This document shows, in pieces, positions 1 through 13,900 of a DNA stretch of 64,000 nucleotides. Under the pieces are notes generated by a model that was not told the DNA's origin, did not search any database, and saw only the letters and a list, made by a program, of their open reading frames with translations. The DNA is taken from the NCBI GenBank assembly GCA_977030845.1, contig OZ365110.1, forward strand, positions 22,816,001 to 22,880,000, in the 5' to 3' direction. The translations under genes were made by a program, and so were the position numbers. Position 1 is the first letter of the stretch. Each line of letters starts with the position of its first letter. The stretch is from Fimbriosthenelais zetlandica (lineage: Eukaryota).

Positions 1-719
1 AATCAGTGATTTGCGAATAGGAGGTAGTGCTGGAAGAAATGCCAGATTGGAAAGTACAGAAGGAGGGGGAAAGGAAGAGAAAGAGGAATAGAAATCTCAA
101 ACTTTCAAAATCTAAACCCAGAATGGTTGTCAAAGATCCAATGCAGATTTTTCAATTTCATTTCAAAACTATTCAGATAAAAACTGATCTTCCCAACAGT
201 GTAGATGATATATGGGTCTCCCACCAGAAATGTGAATGGCGATATTAGAGGCAAAAATGTTTAAAATCGACAAAAGCTATTATAATGATATGTAATGGAC
301 CTATCAATCTTGTAGACTTGATGTAAATTCACCCTCTGATGTTAAACAGAATGGACATAAACGAGTTGATCTGAACAAAAGAAAAGTGAACAGTAAAGTG
401 AAGTTTAACTTTAAAGTCCAGTAAATCCATTCCTCACTTTTATGTTGGGATGCAAATTTCACTGAGTCAAACTCCGCATTGACTTCACTCGAGTTTTAAA
501 GGGAATGAAATAAAAATCAACTCAACACTGACATTAACACTACATTTAAACAGAAAAAGAACTAGGTGACAGTTGATGGCCAGAAAAGCTAAAAAAAAAA
601 TCATTCATGTCAGTTGATGATTGGTTTAAAAGTGTGAATAATCCTCCAATGAGAATAGAATCTCACTGATAGTACCCTTATTTATGCCCTCAATGAAACT
701 ATAGCCACTTGGAGCTGTC

Positions 720-2363
720 TCACATCAAAACTGAAACCTCAAGCAAGATTTTGCTCTGGCTATAAATTATCTTGAGGTACAAGTGAATGGCTGTCTTTTT
801 GGGGGGAATACCTGAGTCAAGATGTATCATGTGAGACCCTCCTAAACCTCCAGCCCCTGGGGCTGATGTAAGACCGTATATAAGAGGCCAGGTTGTTGGT
901 TGGTGGTAAGGGTTCGATTTTCTACCCTTATAATCAACCCGAAAGGAATCTAATCCTCTTATTGAAATATCAACAGTTAGCAATCTGACCAAGTCACTGA
1001 CCTCTATCTTCCATGGTCAAAAATACTGAGTTTACTGTCAGTACTTATGATAATAGTCCTCATACATAGCACAATATAACTGATCAATTTGTACACATTA
1101 AACATTATAATTATCTGACAACGTTTTAAACCATATTCGACTGTAAATCTAAATAATTTACAATAAGATGAATGGTTTTGCACCTTAAAGTATCTACAAA
1201 GCTAACCATCTGGATTGAGGGGAATATTTATTACAGCCTATGTAATGACATATCAGAATGAACGCCTGGGTCTGGAGGTAGTCAGTCCATGGAACCCACC
1301 CCCAAAAGCAAAGTGATTAATGTTATCCAGCTCTCTACCCCAGCCACTAGTCAAATTAATGCCCTCAGCCTTCCTAGGCCCTCCGAGGCCCTCCTCCTCT
1401 ACCAACACCTGGCCTTCTATTTCAACCATTTCATTTGATATATGAAGCAAAGTCCATGACAATCTGCCTACTCGTGCTTCACTTTAAGGCGTTCTATATG
1501 GTGATTTGTGCATCAGAGCTGGGAATCCAATGTAACACCCATCAACAGCTGGTCATTAGAGACGGACCTGGCATGGCATTAGGCTGGTTTATGAGTCTCA
1601 ACTTTTCTGATCTGATCAAAGAGCTGGTTTGCAAACATTATACCCTTGATGTAATTAAAGCAAGTACAAGCTGGTGACTTATGATGAGGGTGCTGGATGC
1701 TTCAGGGTCTGGCTTTGGGTGGTCATCTTCTATACCATAGCCATGCTTATCTCTTTCGACCCTGATACTTGTCCAGCCTTCTTGAACAGGGCCTTTAATT
1801 AGGGTGGAGAACGCATATCTTTTCAACCCAAAAAATCTTCAAAATCTTAAAGAATCACAAAATCAAATGGAAAGGATAAATGGGCACTTGTTAGCGATTG
1901 AAGGATTGGAGAAATGAACTTAAGGTTTAAAATTCAATCAAGAGATCATTTTCAGCTCGAATTACTCCGTACCAAATTGTTTTTTTGCATATCCTTTAAG
2001 ATCAATTTCTGTCGTAAACTTAAGCTGTTGCAACCAAAAACTAATTGCCTTTCTAAACCGAATATTTACTTTACTTGAAACACTAGCTTTTACTCAAATT
2101 AAATTTTCAAGATCAGCTTCAATGGAAATGACAATGGCATTCCTGGAGTCTCTAGCTCAAATAATTGGATTGTAATTGAAATTTCTCTTGAACTGAACAA
2201 AATGTCAAAATTGTTTCCTTGCGGATTTCAATGCTTCTTGGGTACTGTTGGATTTGGGTACAATTGAAATACGGTTTGAATGTTTGTCTATGATCCTGCC
2301 GTGAACATGTTGTAGGACAATAGAGATTGTGAGCTGTAAAGCCAGAGATTCACTGGTGGGCAT
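720..2363 (-). pseudogene. Decayed long ORF, possibly a non-LTR retrotransposon relic
   Basis: Segments 1962-2363 (134 codons with three internal stops, all TGA), 1638-1826 and 720-992 share one minus frame; 1253-1462 is in an adjacent frame. It contains INHFAFGGG (cf. RT INHLAFADD) and PGAGGLG (cf. post-RT LP...GGLG). Family call is weak. Confidence 0.3.
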
Positions 2364-4519
2364 TCATTAGCTATTCCTGGACTCCACAGTTTGTATGGAC
2401 TAGACGACTTGAGGTCATCTATAGCAGTAAATCTAAGCCTGGCATAGCGTGACCAGGGCCAAAGACCTTTACAAATATATAGACAATTTTGAAGTCAGCA
2501 CGACTTCATGACCAATACAGTTCATGTGGAGGGAAACTGAAGGAAGTTAGGGTCAATTTTGGACCAGAAAGGCCCATTATAGTTCTGCCAGATAAGACTC
2601 TTTACAGTCTTTTAATACATAAACTCACAAACCACAGGACACCTAGTCCACGCCCACTTCAATGGAGAGCTGATGGATCCAGAAGCATATTTGCTTGAAT
2701 GAAAATTTATCAAATATAAAAGGAAGAACCTGTCAAATCAAAATACTATAAAATAATAACAACACCCAAAGCAACTCACCGAATCTCATTTCAACAAAAA
2801 CAACGCTAAGTATAATTTGGAGGTCCGAGATACAGAGATCAGTCCTACCTTCTCTTTCACAAAGTATATTTAAGGAAAAAAATCACAATTTAAAAATCCA
2901 TCGACTCATTTCATAATATTAGTTTATACAGGTCTTCACCCCAGGAGACGTACGAGTACCCTTCCTTCTTTCCAAGTCATACCTGTCTTTTTAAGAGCAT
3001 GTATATGGGGGTAGATCAGAGGAAAGGAATGTTAAATTGACAGGGGATTCACCCTCCCACAAATCTATAGGCAATCAAAGACTCCGACCCGAGTAACATT
3101 ACAATAAACATATCCAAACTAATAGCTTCTAAATTTATCAGAGCCTATCTATTTCTAGGTGGTCTAGGAAAGCATTGACACGTTGGGAGGGATGAAAAGT
3201 GAGTGGTGAAGCAAAATATCCCTTTCACTCAGTTTCCACCCTATTGAATGGTTAGAGGGTGGGTGGGACCAGGTGGGGGGTCAGTCTAGATCAGACTCAG
3301 AATCAAACATATATAGTGGTCTAGGTACTACCTGGGCAAGGCTTTGATGTGACAGTGATGTTGAAGGATTGATATGTCTTTTTGTTAAGGCGAGGGTGAG
3401 GTAAAAGTGAAAGGAGTGGAGGTGGTTCGTGGTCATTGGTGTCCAATAGAATGAGATGTCAATGCTTGGTCCAACTAGACGATGGTACAGATTAGTACAG
3501 AGGAAGCGATCAGGGCTTGTTCAGGTGAAATAAGCAATCCATCAGCCCAGTTACTTGGTGATTGCACTGGCTAATGATGTTCACTTTTTATGACATACAT
3601 AATCCTACAAAGTAAAGTGGTATATCAATTTTCTACTAGGTTTATCTTTGTAATTCCCCGAGTCATTTCATATCAAGCGTGATATCTTAACTTTGGGTTG
3701 ATCATCACGTTTTTAGTAAACAATTTCTCAATTCTAGAAACCCAATAGATTCTCTATCACTGATATAAATGGTCATGGGGGTTGTAGAACAGAAAACCAA
3801 ATATAGGTCGAGCCCTCAGGGGTTTCCTACCGAAACGTACGATGAACTGAAAATGCAATGGCGTGAGAATTTCCGTATAACCTACTTGAGAGACTAGTCC
3901 ATCTTTCCTATACACATGACATGTTTTCCTATCTTATCAGTCGCAGGTGCCTCCACTTGCGTGTGAACAAAAAATTAGTCACGGATCTTCTCGTGATCCA
4001 CGATATAGGCATCTCCCCCCCCATGTAACCCCTATAATAGACATTCCCTTTTCACAACCTGCTGGGAGATTTTCCCGCCTAATGTTGGCGATTCTCCTCC
4101 ACTACAGGGCATGCGAGGTACCAACCACGCCCAGAGCAGGCAGTGGTAACCCCTAACACGCCCTGAATAATTAAACAATGCCTTTTGAATGTCTGAAGTG
4201 TAACCAAACGCCTCCAGGATCAAAGATGGTATAGAGGAGACAGGTGGGGGTAAGTGCTAGCCTATTATGGAGCTCCTAATGATAGCTTGTTCTTACAGCC
4301 ATGTCACAGTCACTGTTCAAGTGGTATGGTTTCCACTAGCAAGGATATGTAGAAATGTAGAATTTTCTCCATTTTTTATAAAGCAAATGATTATGACGAT
4401 AGCTTCATGAATCATGGTGACTGCATAGGGGTTAAAAATGCAAATTTTATGAGCAATAAACTCACTGAAATTTTGATAATACTTTAAAGGACTTCCATGA
4501 CATTTTAACATAGTTAATT

Positions 4520-5420
4520 AATCCCATTTCCCCTTTATGGGGAAAATGGGGTTTTAGATTTTGTGCTCGTTGTTCTACACTATTATTTTTTTTTTTTTTT
4601 TTAATGTTGTAGTTAGACTTTTGATGAAAAACGGGTTTATATTAGAGGTAGGAATCTGGTTTTCACACATATTGTAGACCATAGTAAGGAGTGGTCAAAT
4701 GTGATGAATGGATGTCATACGTCATCACATGACGTCATATGACGTCACCAAACCAGCCAAATTGGTAAAATTTGATTGTAATTTTTTTGGACCCATGCGG
4801 ATCTAGAATAAGATGAATGGTATGTAGTGTAAAGATACATGATGGACTATAAGTTGACCTACATATTTGACCTTTGACCTAATTAGTTATGTGTAATTAG
4901 GTCAGGGGTATGAAATCTCTCAAATGCCATTTCTTCCCAATTAAAAAATGTTAGAAATTGATTACACTTGGTTAATAAGAATCCTTTGGGTGGGGCGTAT
5001 CTGAAAAATAGTTTTTGGTGAAGACCCATGTGACGTAAATGACGTCACATTGATGTAAAATCTAATTAACCCAATATTTTCAGTTTATTTAATCCAGCAA
5101 GTTTATTTTTAAAGACAAAGCTTAAAATGAATTAGATGAATTAAAGTACATAAAAAGACCTGTTGATACCTATATTGCATAATGTATTCCACTTGTAAGT
5201 TGATTTGTTATAAATTTTTTAATATTTTCCATTTTGGTCAATATTTTCATGCTTTTTTCACTCTGGCAAGTTTATTTTTAAAGATAGAGCTTAGTATGAA
5301 TTACAAAAAATGATGCACATAAATAGACCTTTGCATACATGTATTGCATTATGCAGTACAGTAATTCTTTCTAATTATGCTTTTGAATACACAAAAATTT
5401 AAGACAAGGTCAAGGTAGCA
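4520..5420. mobile_element. Non-autonomous DNA element (HINE/Helentron-like or MITE-like); boundaries approximate
   Basis: Stem-loop cccatttcccc/ggggaaaatggg at 4523-4550. Perfect 11-bp inverted repeat tgacctaatta/taattaggtca at 4875-4904. Clustered tgacgtca words, a tgacctttgacct motif and a ~168-bp internal direct repeat. No ORF. Confidence 0.5.
5072..5355 (+). repeat. Diverged direct repeat, period ~168-169 bp
   Basis: caatattttca occurs at 5072 and 5240. gcaagtttatttttaaaga...agctta..atgaatta...cataaa.agacct occurs at 5097 and 5266. Confidence 0.85.
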
Positions 5421-5872
5421 CCTGCAGCACCCCCCCCCCCCCCCACCCCCCAACCCTCCACTCTCGTGGTCACTTGGATTAGTGAAGAGAGACTTGCCTA
5501 AGTCTTTCTTTCTTTAAGCCTATTTTTTATTAGAACTGTTCAGAGAATAACTCTGCTGGTCAATCATAACAATGGCATCTATTTTATGAGAAGATTGATT
5601 GCACAATGAAATGTTCAGCTTCTTTTTAATGAAAGCAATGACACATCTCTGGTAATTGAAGCATTTGAGTCCACATGTAACAGTGAGACTTATATGCCTC
5701 ATGGCACTGAGAGAATTAAATTAAGTATAAGATAGAGAATATCTAAATCTACAATTTGTAATACCTATCAAGAGTTTAGTTTTGTTCTCTCATATTTAAA
5801 AACATTAGCCTGAAATTGATTACTTTGACACAATAAGTGATTATCCAAAAGAATTATATATAGCCAAGGGGT

Positions 5873-5940
5873 TTGTGGTCAAGTCTAGGGGGAGACCCTG
5901 ACTGGTGTGTATGCTTAGAGGTGTTGTGGTCAAGTCTAGG
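5873..5940 (+). repeat. 17-bp direct repeat, 51-bp period
   Basis: ttgtggtcaagtctagg at 5873 and 5924. Confidence 0.9.
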
Positions 5941-8496
5941 AGGAAACTCTGTTGTTGCCATGGCAGCAGGTCAGAATGGTGGGTGGGTGCAAGACTGGAG
6001 GATTAGAATAGAGGGCTAGGAGGCTGTGTTGTTATAGCAGTTAAGTACCAGTACTTTGCTTAGAGACAAGAGTCTAGACAGAAGTTTGAAAATGTTCACT
6101 TTACACATAGTGGAATAGGAATTACAAAAAGATGGATTTAGGTGTGTCTATGGGCCTAGAACTAAAGATTTTACTTTGTCTATGTTTGGAAAGCACTTAG
6201 TCCTTGCATGAGGAATTATGTCAAAATGTGAATTTTTGAACTATTTAAATTTCAAAGTGTATTTTACTATAGAGTAACAGGCATTAAGAAACGATGACTT
6301 ATATATTAAGTTTTTATGTAAATATTAAGGTTTTAAGTATGTTTTTTTGGTACTCATCTATAACTTTCAGTCTGCCTCTCAATACACATTTTTCTCTCAA
6401 AGAGGGTCTTTGTTGTGTACACAAGTTTTAGGCTGGTTGTAATTGGCGACCTGGACAGGAGATAGATAATTGCCTTCAGTCTATTCCTATAAATTAATTC
6501 TATAATTATGTTCTATATGAATCATCAGAATTCTTGGTAATGCAACTAAATAATTGATCTCTAAAGTTAAACGCTGCCTGATTTAACGAGGTTAATCATT
6601 GAGGTGTGAGGCTGCCTTGTAAAACTCTCCTGGATATGTCATGATGATATTATAATGGCTTAGTGTATTTTTAAAGCTTATTCTGGCAGGGGAAATGGGA
6701 TTATTAATGATTACTAGTAATCGTGGTGGCTAGTTAAAGGTAGATTCTCGCTGCATATATGTGTTTTGGTTGCTATATTTGAATGCAGTCCACGGATGGT
6801 CAATAACAGTAAATAAACAGTAGAAACTAAGAGGGGATCAAGGTAGGGAAATCTGAAACGTGAGTTTACAGTGTTTAGGACTAAATGCTCCTAAATATCC
6901 TAAAGAGTTGACAGAATGGCTTTGGTCGGTGCAGGTAAAACAAGCTAAGATATCCTCATTGTTTATGATAGTGGACCCTTTCCTCAAAAGTTTGGAAAAC
7001 AGGAAAATTATGACCACGGAAAAATGCAAATGGATCCATCGAACTTAATCGAGGTTTTGCCCTCCGGATAATAATTTAATTGCTTCCAATTAATATTAGT
7101 CATTTGAGGGATATTAAAATTTTGCATATTCTTTTATTTTTAAGTGAAGGCGGTGAGAACAGAATGAGATATTTGTTTGAAAATAGTTGTCCACCCACAT
7201 CCGTTGGACAGCGAACCTAGAGGGACGAAATAGTTCAATAGAAATGCCTGTGGTTTTGATCATTTATGCCTAACATGCAAGCTGTGGTCTTTTTGAACGT
7301 AGGTTACAAAACGCGACTCGTTCACAAGCTGGGGTACAACCTGAAAATGGGTGGAAGGAAAAGCAACTAGATTAAAGTCAGGGCACAACCCTTCAAACGT
7401 TAGGGTAGGGAGGGGGAGGGGGGGGGGACTTTTTGACAATGGGAATGAGCCTTTGTGGTTAGAAGTAGGGACAAATGATCCATTACTTTAACAAGGTATG
7501 AAAAAAATGACATGTGCGTAGGAGGAGAATAGTGAAAAATATGTATTGTCTACACCTTTGGGAAGATATATATTTTCAGGTGAAAAGGGGCGAAAATGAA
7601 AAAAATATATGTAATCTTTCCTTTCCAGGATGGCTCCATCATGTGGGAGTTCCTGTCTTTTGTACTGACATTTTATTATTTTCATTATGCAATGTGAATA
7701 GTGAATAGTGCCACGAACTGAACACATCAGATATTACTTGAATACTCTAAAAGGATTCTTAAAGCAGCTGACCACTTCAAAGCATAACTTACAGCAGGTA
7801 TCAGTTACACTGTTTCCCTCAATCCTAGACAAGGCTTTCTATCTTAATTCCCCCCTGCTATTCACAATAGCCACCAACAAGTCTGAGTAAACACTTAAAA
7901 AGTTAACATAACTTGTAGAGATTTGGTATATCAACTTTAAAGTTATGAACTTGGTGTTAAAAACTGAGGGGTGTATTAGAGAGGAGAGACATGGGGCGAG
8001 AGAAGTAGAACAGGATCAAAGAGGTTGGGGGGAAGAGGGAGAGATGAGGGAAATGGGGAGGGAATGTTGGTGGGCTGGAGGAGGAAGAGGGATCAGAGTG
8101 GTTGATCCTTAAGGTGTATACATATACCGACTGACCTATTTGTGCTCTAAACCTAAACTGTCTATTCTATATTTTTCACCTCATGCTTCTACCCCATGGC
8201 TTTCTTATCCAGACTAGCCCACTCTCTCAAGATAAATAGATATTAGACATGCATGCTACAGAGCAAAGATATATCAATGGAAAAGACACATAATATTATG
8301 TTGGAACCCAGACCTGTACAATATGCTACATGAATGAATGCTAAATCACAATGGCTCCTATTTAGGAAAATTGTGAAGAAATGTACATCAAATGTCTATT
8401 TCTGCCCAGTTGTATACAAGTTCCAGATAAAGTATTATAAACTTTTCCGATACTTAAGCATAAATTAAATGGAAATGAAAATTGGCGAATACTCAC

Positions 8497-8611
8497 GGAG
8501 GTCGTATCTGTATCGGTTGAGACCGGCGACACATTCTCGACACAGGGCCCAGAGTTCATTCTCATGAAGTCCATATCCCAGCTTCTCCAGTATCTCCTGC
8601 ACTGTCTGTGA
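8497..8611 (-). CDS. KNDC1: KNDC1-like coding exon (start of KIND domain 2)
   Basis: ttctgtattttcag|TCA CAG ACA GTG ... GAC CTC C|gtgagt; 115 nt = SQTVQEILEKLGYGLHENELWALCRECVAGLNRYRYDL+C. It matches the remembered KIND2 start VSLQDLLSQLGRPFREYELWALCLACL. A second KIND domain points to KNDC1 rather than PTPN13, FRMPD2 or Spire, which have one. Confidence 0.9.
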
Positions 8612-10955
8612 CTGAAAATACAGAAAGAAATCATGGTCAAAACAATTGAAAAATACAACCATTCTCTCATTTTAATTTACATATTTTCATTACATGAAAT
8701 TAACTAATCATCATACATGCGGCAGATGGGGAGTCGTGGTTCTTCTTTACTCCCATCTGTATATATTTTTTTAATTTCAAAGTGAATAATAATTAAATTA
8801 CTTGCTGGATATTTTTACCTAATTTGTCATGAGTAACACAGATAAGACAGATGGTGCAATGTTCAGAATATTCATCCTTTCAAGAAGTACGATATATGCC
8901 CAGAAAAATGGACGGGTGTAAGATAGTTAGAAACATGATGATGGATTGATTCATGTTATGTCACGAGGACTCATTCATACTCCTTTCACACCCACATTTA
9001 TAGCCTTCACACCTCAGGCGAGGCTGTCAATCTATGCCTTCACAATGATAGCATTGACTGGAATCTTAACTATCAGTTATAGGATGGAGAGTCTATGCTT
9101 GACCTGGGACTATAGTAAAGTATAGCTTCACTTGTTTACGTGCTGCCACTAACAAACATGTCAACAGAATGATACAATGAAAACCCGCCAGGGATTTATC
9201 TCTAGTACACTACATAGTATTTTGTTGTCAGTTACATGATTGGTGCTGTCATGCTCTTACAAGCTTTTACAATAGCTCCTATCCTTATCTAATTAGGAAA
9301 TTTCCAATTTAATATAGGAATAATCGAGTTATGAAACTAGTCATAGCAAAATGCTATCTGTAATATAGAAAATTATAGACTTTTATTGGTAAGAAATGGC
9401 TCTGAACTATCAACACTGATTGGCTTAGAACCATGTTTCAATTTTGATAAGGGCAAACTCAATAGCTTGGCTTTTGAGTTCATTTCCATTAAATGTGTAT
9501 TAAAACAATTCTATCTAACACATTTAAGTATGAAGAACACATTGTTAATGTCATATTCAAACATAGCGCATATATAATAATGACAATCTAATATGGGAGA
9601 ATTGAGGGCATATAGGAGTATTTAGGACATTCCACTGCACTCATATATAAAGCATTATTGGGCTTAAGCAGCAGACCTTGAAAACATCATTCAGCTTTAA
9701 GTTGGATATGAAGTCAGCAACACAAACTTTCCTCTTTTCCTCTACTCTTAAATATTCCCTTACTTTGACCATTCATCGCTTTATATCTAGGCCAAAAGCT
9801 TATACTCATGTTTGCCTAAGCAAGTATAGAGGAGCCCTAGGGAGAGAGAAAAAAAATTAGAAGTTTTTTAACGCTTCTGAATTTGAGGTCAAAATGGTGT
9901 ACATTGCCAGCAATGGTTGCCACGGGAAACCACATCTCCTGAAAATATATATTCTTTATCCCGGCAAATATTCAGACTGTGATGAAGCACGTGGTTTCCC
10001 AACTTTCTCTGAAAGCTTTTGTTTGGAAAGGATTGAGTTTTTCTTGTTGGAATTTACACCCACGAGTCGTAAATGGGGATGTAAAAGACAAAAAAGTGTC
10101 TTGCCTCGTTCACACCTAGTTGACAATGGGAAACCTGGTTATTGAGTGAATTCATGTTAAGTCATCCATAGGTGAAACTATTCAAATGCAGACATGGGAA
10201 TGATATAAATGAACAGTTACACGTTTAGTCTGGAATGTCACTGTCTGCCTCAACTCTTCTCTATATTACGCCCTCTGGACTATTTCGATAGGCCATTTTG
10301 AACTATGACGAAAATTTGAAGAATTCATTCTAGCAGGTACCAAACAATTTGGAAACAATGCAATTCAATGATGAAAAGCTTGTTATTACTCTTACATTAT
10401 TTTCCCTGAGGGAAACACTCTAAAGTCAGTAAGAAACACTCTGACGTGGCCCGGATCCCTGACTGTTCGTTCCTGATGACAAGTTGTGAAATTCATCATT
10501 AATCATTAGAAACAATGTCCTATCTGTACGTTAAATATACAGAACAAGGGATATAGTCAGTGAGAAATGTGATGGATATGTGTCTATAATAAATGAACAT
10601 GTCAAGATAGTGAGAGAAGGCTATGTGTTAAGGATACAGTTGAGTGATATCTGTCTACACAGAGAAGACTGTACCCCAATATGCAATGCACTTCACTGAA
10701 TCTGCAGGAGACTATGCCCTGTCTCAATCTGCAAAGGACAGGTTCCATCCCACAGGAGAACAGTCTCAAATTGTAAGGGGATGTCGCAAGAGAATAAAAC
10801 CAACTGGAGTTCATAACTAAGTTTTAAGTAACTGGACCAGTAACGATACCGGAATGAATCCGCTGGACAATCTTGAGATAAAGTCTGTTCAATATATACA
10901 GCCTCAGATGGCAGAAACACAAAACCCTGAGCTCTAACAGGGCTATCCATTTCTT

Positions 10956-10975
10956 CTGAACCCTGAACCCTGAAC
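10956..10975 (+). repeat. Heptamer tandem (ctgaacc) x ~3
   Basis: ctgaacc ctgaacc ctgaac. Confidence 0.8.
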
Positions 10976-13900
10976 TCAAAGTAAGGAGGATCAAGGAAGA
11001 TCTAATCTTTGCGCCCAGATGGGTTCTTGGGTTGAGGTCAAAGCTGGCCTTTGCTGATATCTTCTGGGCATACTTCCTTATTTAAAAGGGGTAAATATGT
11101 TTTGCTGGCCAGGTGATGAGCGATGGTTAAATCAAGTTGGCATGAAGTGAATAGATGGAGACAGATCTGGAAGATCTTAAGGACCGACAACAACATATGA
11201 TCTATTGCAATATAAACATGCAGAGACAGGATCTTGCAATATCTATAGATGTTAATACGTACTTAAGATATGCAATGCATTGTAACAACTCAGGCCTGCA
11301 GACCAGTACATTGTTACTATTTTACCTAACAAATGGAACCCATTATTGTTGGAATATTCAGTTTCTAAGGCCTTACAATTCATCTTAATCTAGTATTCAC
11401 ATCCAAGATAGAAAATAAGCAAAAAACGAACTTGCATCACAAAACTTTGTGGCAAACTTGAAGGTTATAATTCGAGAAACCTGCTTCATATTCTATACAT
11501 TTTTTTCTAAATCTCAACTAACAGGCTGTATATTGGTCATGTGAGCTACTTCCAAAAGAAACCAGACAGGATGGTGTCAATGATTTTACTTTCGTTTAGA
11601 TAACATTAAAAAGCTTTTGCCCGCAGGTGCCAGACATCAATGCTCACAGACTTAAGAAGATTTATCTATTTTTCCTTAAGAATTATCCTGGTGCTTCCGT
11701 TGATAGAGAGATCAGCAAAGAACAATGATCAAAGAATCAGATGCATTGACATGTATTTTGTTCAGAATAAAATACGTAGTGAATCTAGTTTTTCTATTTT
11801 TTAAACTGAGACTTAGTCCAAATCTGAGAGATAATTCACACAAACAGGGATTAAATTCACTGGCCATGTATAAATTGTATACATGTACCTGAAAACTAAG
11901 CTATTTTACATGTTTTAGCCCACTAGTAAACATTACATTTTTATCCAACACAAAGTTTTTCCAGGAGGTAAGATGATCTTGCTGCTCAACAACCAAACCA
12001 AAGACATGTCTGAATGTTTTACGAAAAGAAATTTAAATAAAACTATTTTTTCTAAGTGATTGAGAGACAATAGGACAGTTATATAAACCTTATATAGATC
12101 GGAAAATATTATGGATTTTGATTGTTAAGATGTTTGCTTGGGATCGTTTGTGTACATAATTATTAAGTACTTTAGAGAGAATCTAAACTGGGATGAACTG
12201 CACTCGTCAACACTATTCAATTAGCCTACAAGTTTAGTAGGATTAACGTATTCTCAAAATGCCACCTTATGATGTTATAGATGGGTGGAGGGGATGGAAG
12301 CACCTGAAGTACATGGCCTTCAATTTCCCTTTCATGCTCCACAATGGCTCGTCGATTGAGTTTCATGATAGCAGAGGAAGCAAAAACCAACACTTGATCG
12401 ACATGTACGTGAGTGAATTCACATAACTTTTCATGACAAACGGTTATAGGCTTCAACACCCCACTCCTCCAGTATTTAAATCTATCCAACTGCATCTATC
12501 TCAGCCTTAGCCCACCCCACAAAACCATTCAAGCCCTAAAAGGGAGGGATTTGGTGGCACATAAACAGGGTGCTTCATCGACATGGGGTTACAAAGTGGG
12601 TATACAGTGTGTGGTCCAGGCTTAGGTAACTAAAACCCATGGGTTTAAACTTAAATCCCTTTTAATCCGCACTGATCTAACAATCCTGTCATGTATTGGA
12701 TATTTTATCAGATAGGAATGGCAATTTGTTCTTTGAAGATCAAAAAGTCTTAATTTTTCTACAAGATCAGTTCTAAGGAATTTTTGTGTAATGAATTCAG
12801 TCGGGATCTGATTAAAAGGTCCGATGATTATCTCAAACGATTGGAACACATGAATCAATCCTCTACATGTCTATAACAATAGAAGTTTAAAAAGATGGAA
12901 ACTTTATCCAAATGGATACATTTCTATTGTATCTCATGTAGGCCTACTGAAAGATTGAATGCAAGCGAAATAGTACAATACTATTATATATACAAGTTCT
13001 TTTCATCTATGTCAAAACCATAGCAAAATCATAGATATCTCAAAAGATAAAAATTGCATTTTGTTATTCGAATATTACATTTTTCGTGATTTTGCCACCA
13101 TTTCCCACGATGTAGTTTTGGATTTTTGTGTAAGATCGAAGAGGGGATTCATTATCAGTCCTGGAGGTATCCAAGGGGACTTCTATAGGACCTAAAACAC
13201 AGCTGTACAGAAGTTCAGAACTGATATAGGCCCTATATTTCTTTTTAAATTCCTATTCACCGGGACTTCTCTATTATGAAGTGTAAAGAATGGAACTCCG
13301 CCCAAATGTATTCAATAGGAGATGAACAAAACAATCCAACCATTTAAGGTTATCTTCATATGTAATATATAAACAAATATCCCCCTCTGCTGCTTCTTAT
13401 ATGGGAGAGTGGGCCCATCCATCAAACATATTAAAAACGGCACCAGAATGTTATTCTATGTTTGAGTAGATTGTATTTGTAAGTTAAATAAAACTATGTG
13501 GAGAATCCTCTATTGAGCGATGGATATATTTGTCAAGGGGTGGTCCACAAGACAGTAAACAGGAGCAGTAGTTCAGACATCCACAGACCTTGAAATCTTT
13601 TTATTACATTTCTATTACACACTTTATATATTAGACGAGACGATATCTTTAAGTAAACTCTAAATATAGACTCTGATCCACCACGTAAATGGTACATGAC
13701 AAACATTGACCAAAAGAAAATCTGTGCGAGGTAAAATATTTAAAAAGTTTCAAACTGTCAGGGAGATTTCATGTTTCATGATTTCAAAGGCATGCACCTG
13801 AATGAAGGGTTATTTATGGTAAACGTATAAAGAAAAGGCCAGGAATTATAGCATTCTAGGTCAATAGTTCCACTTTTCGCGGCTAGACCCATTTAAGTGG

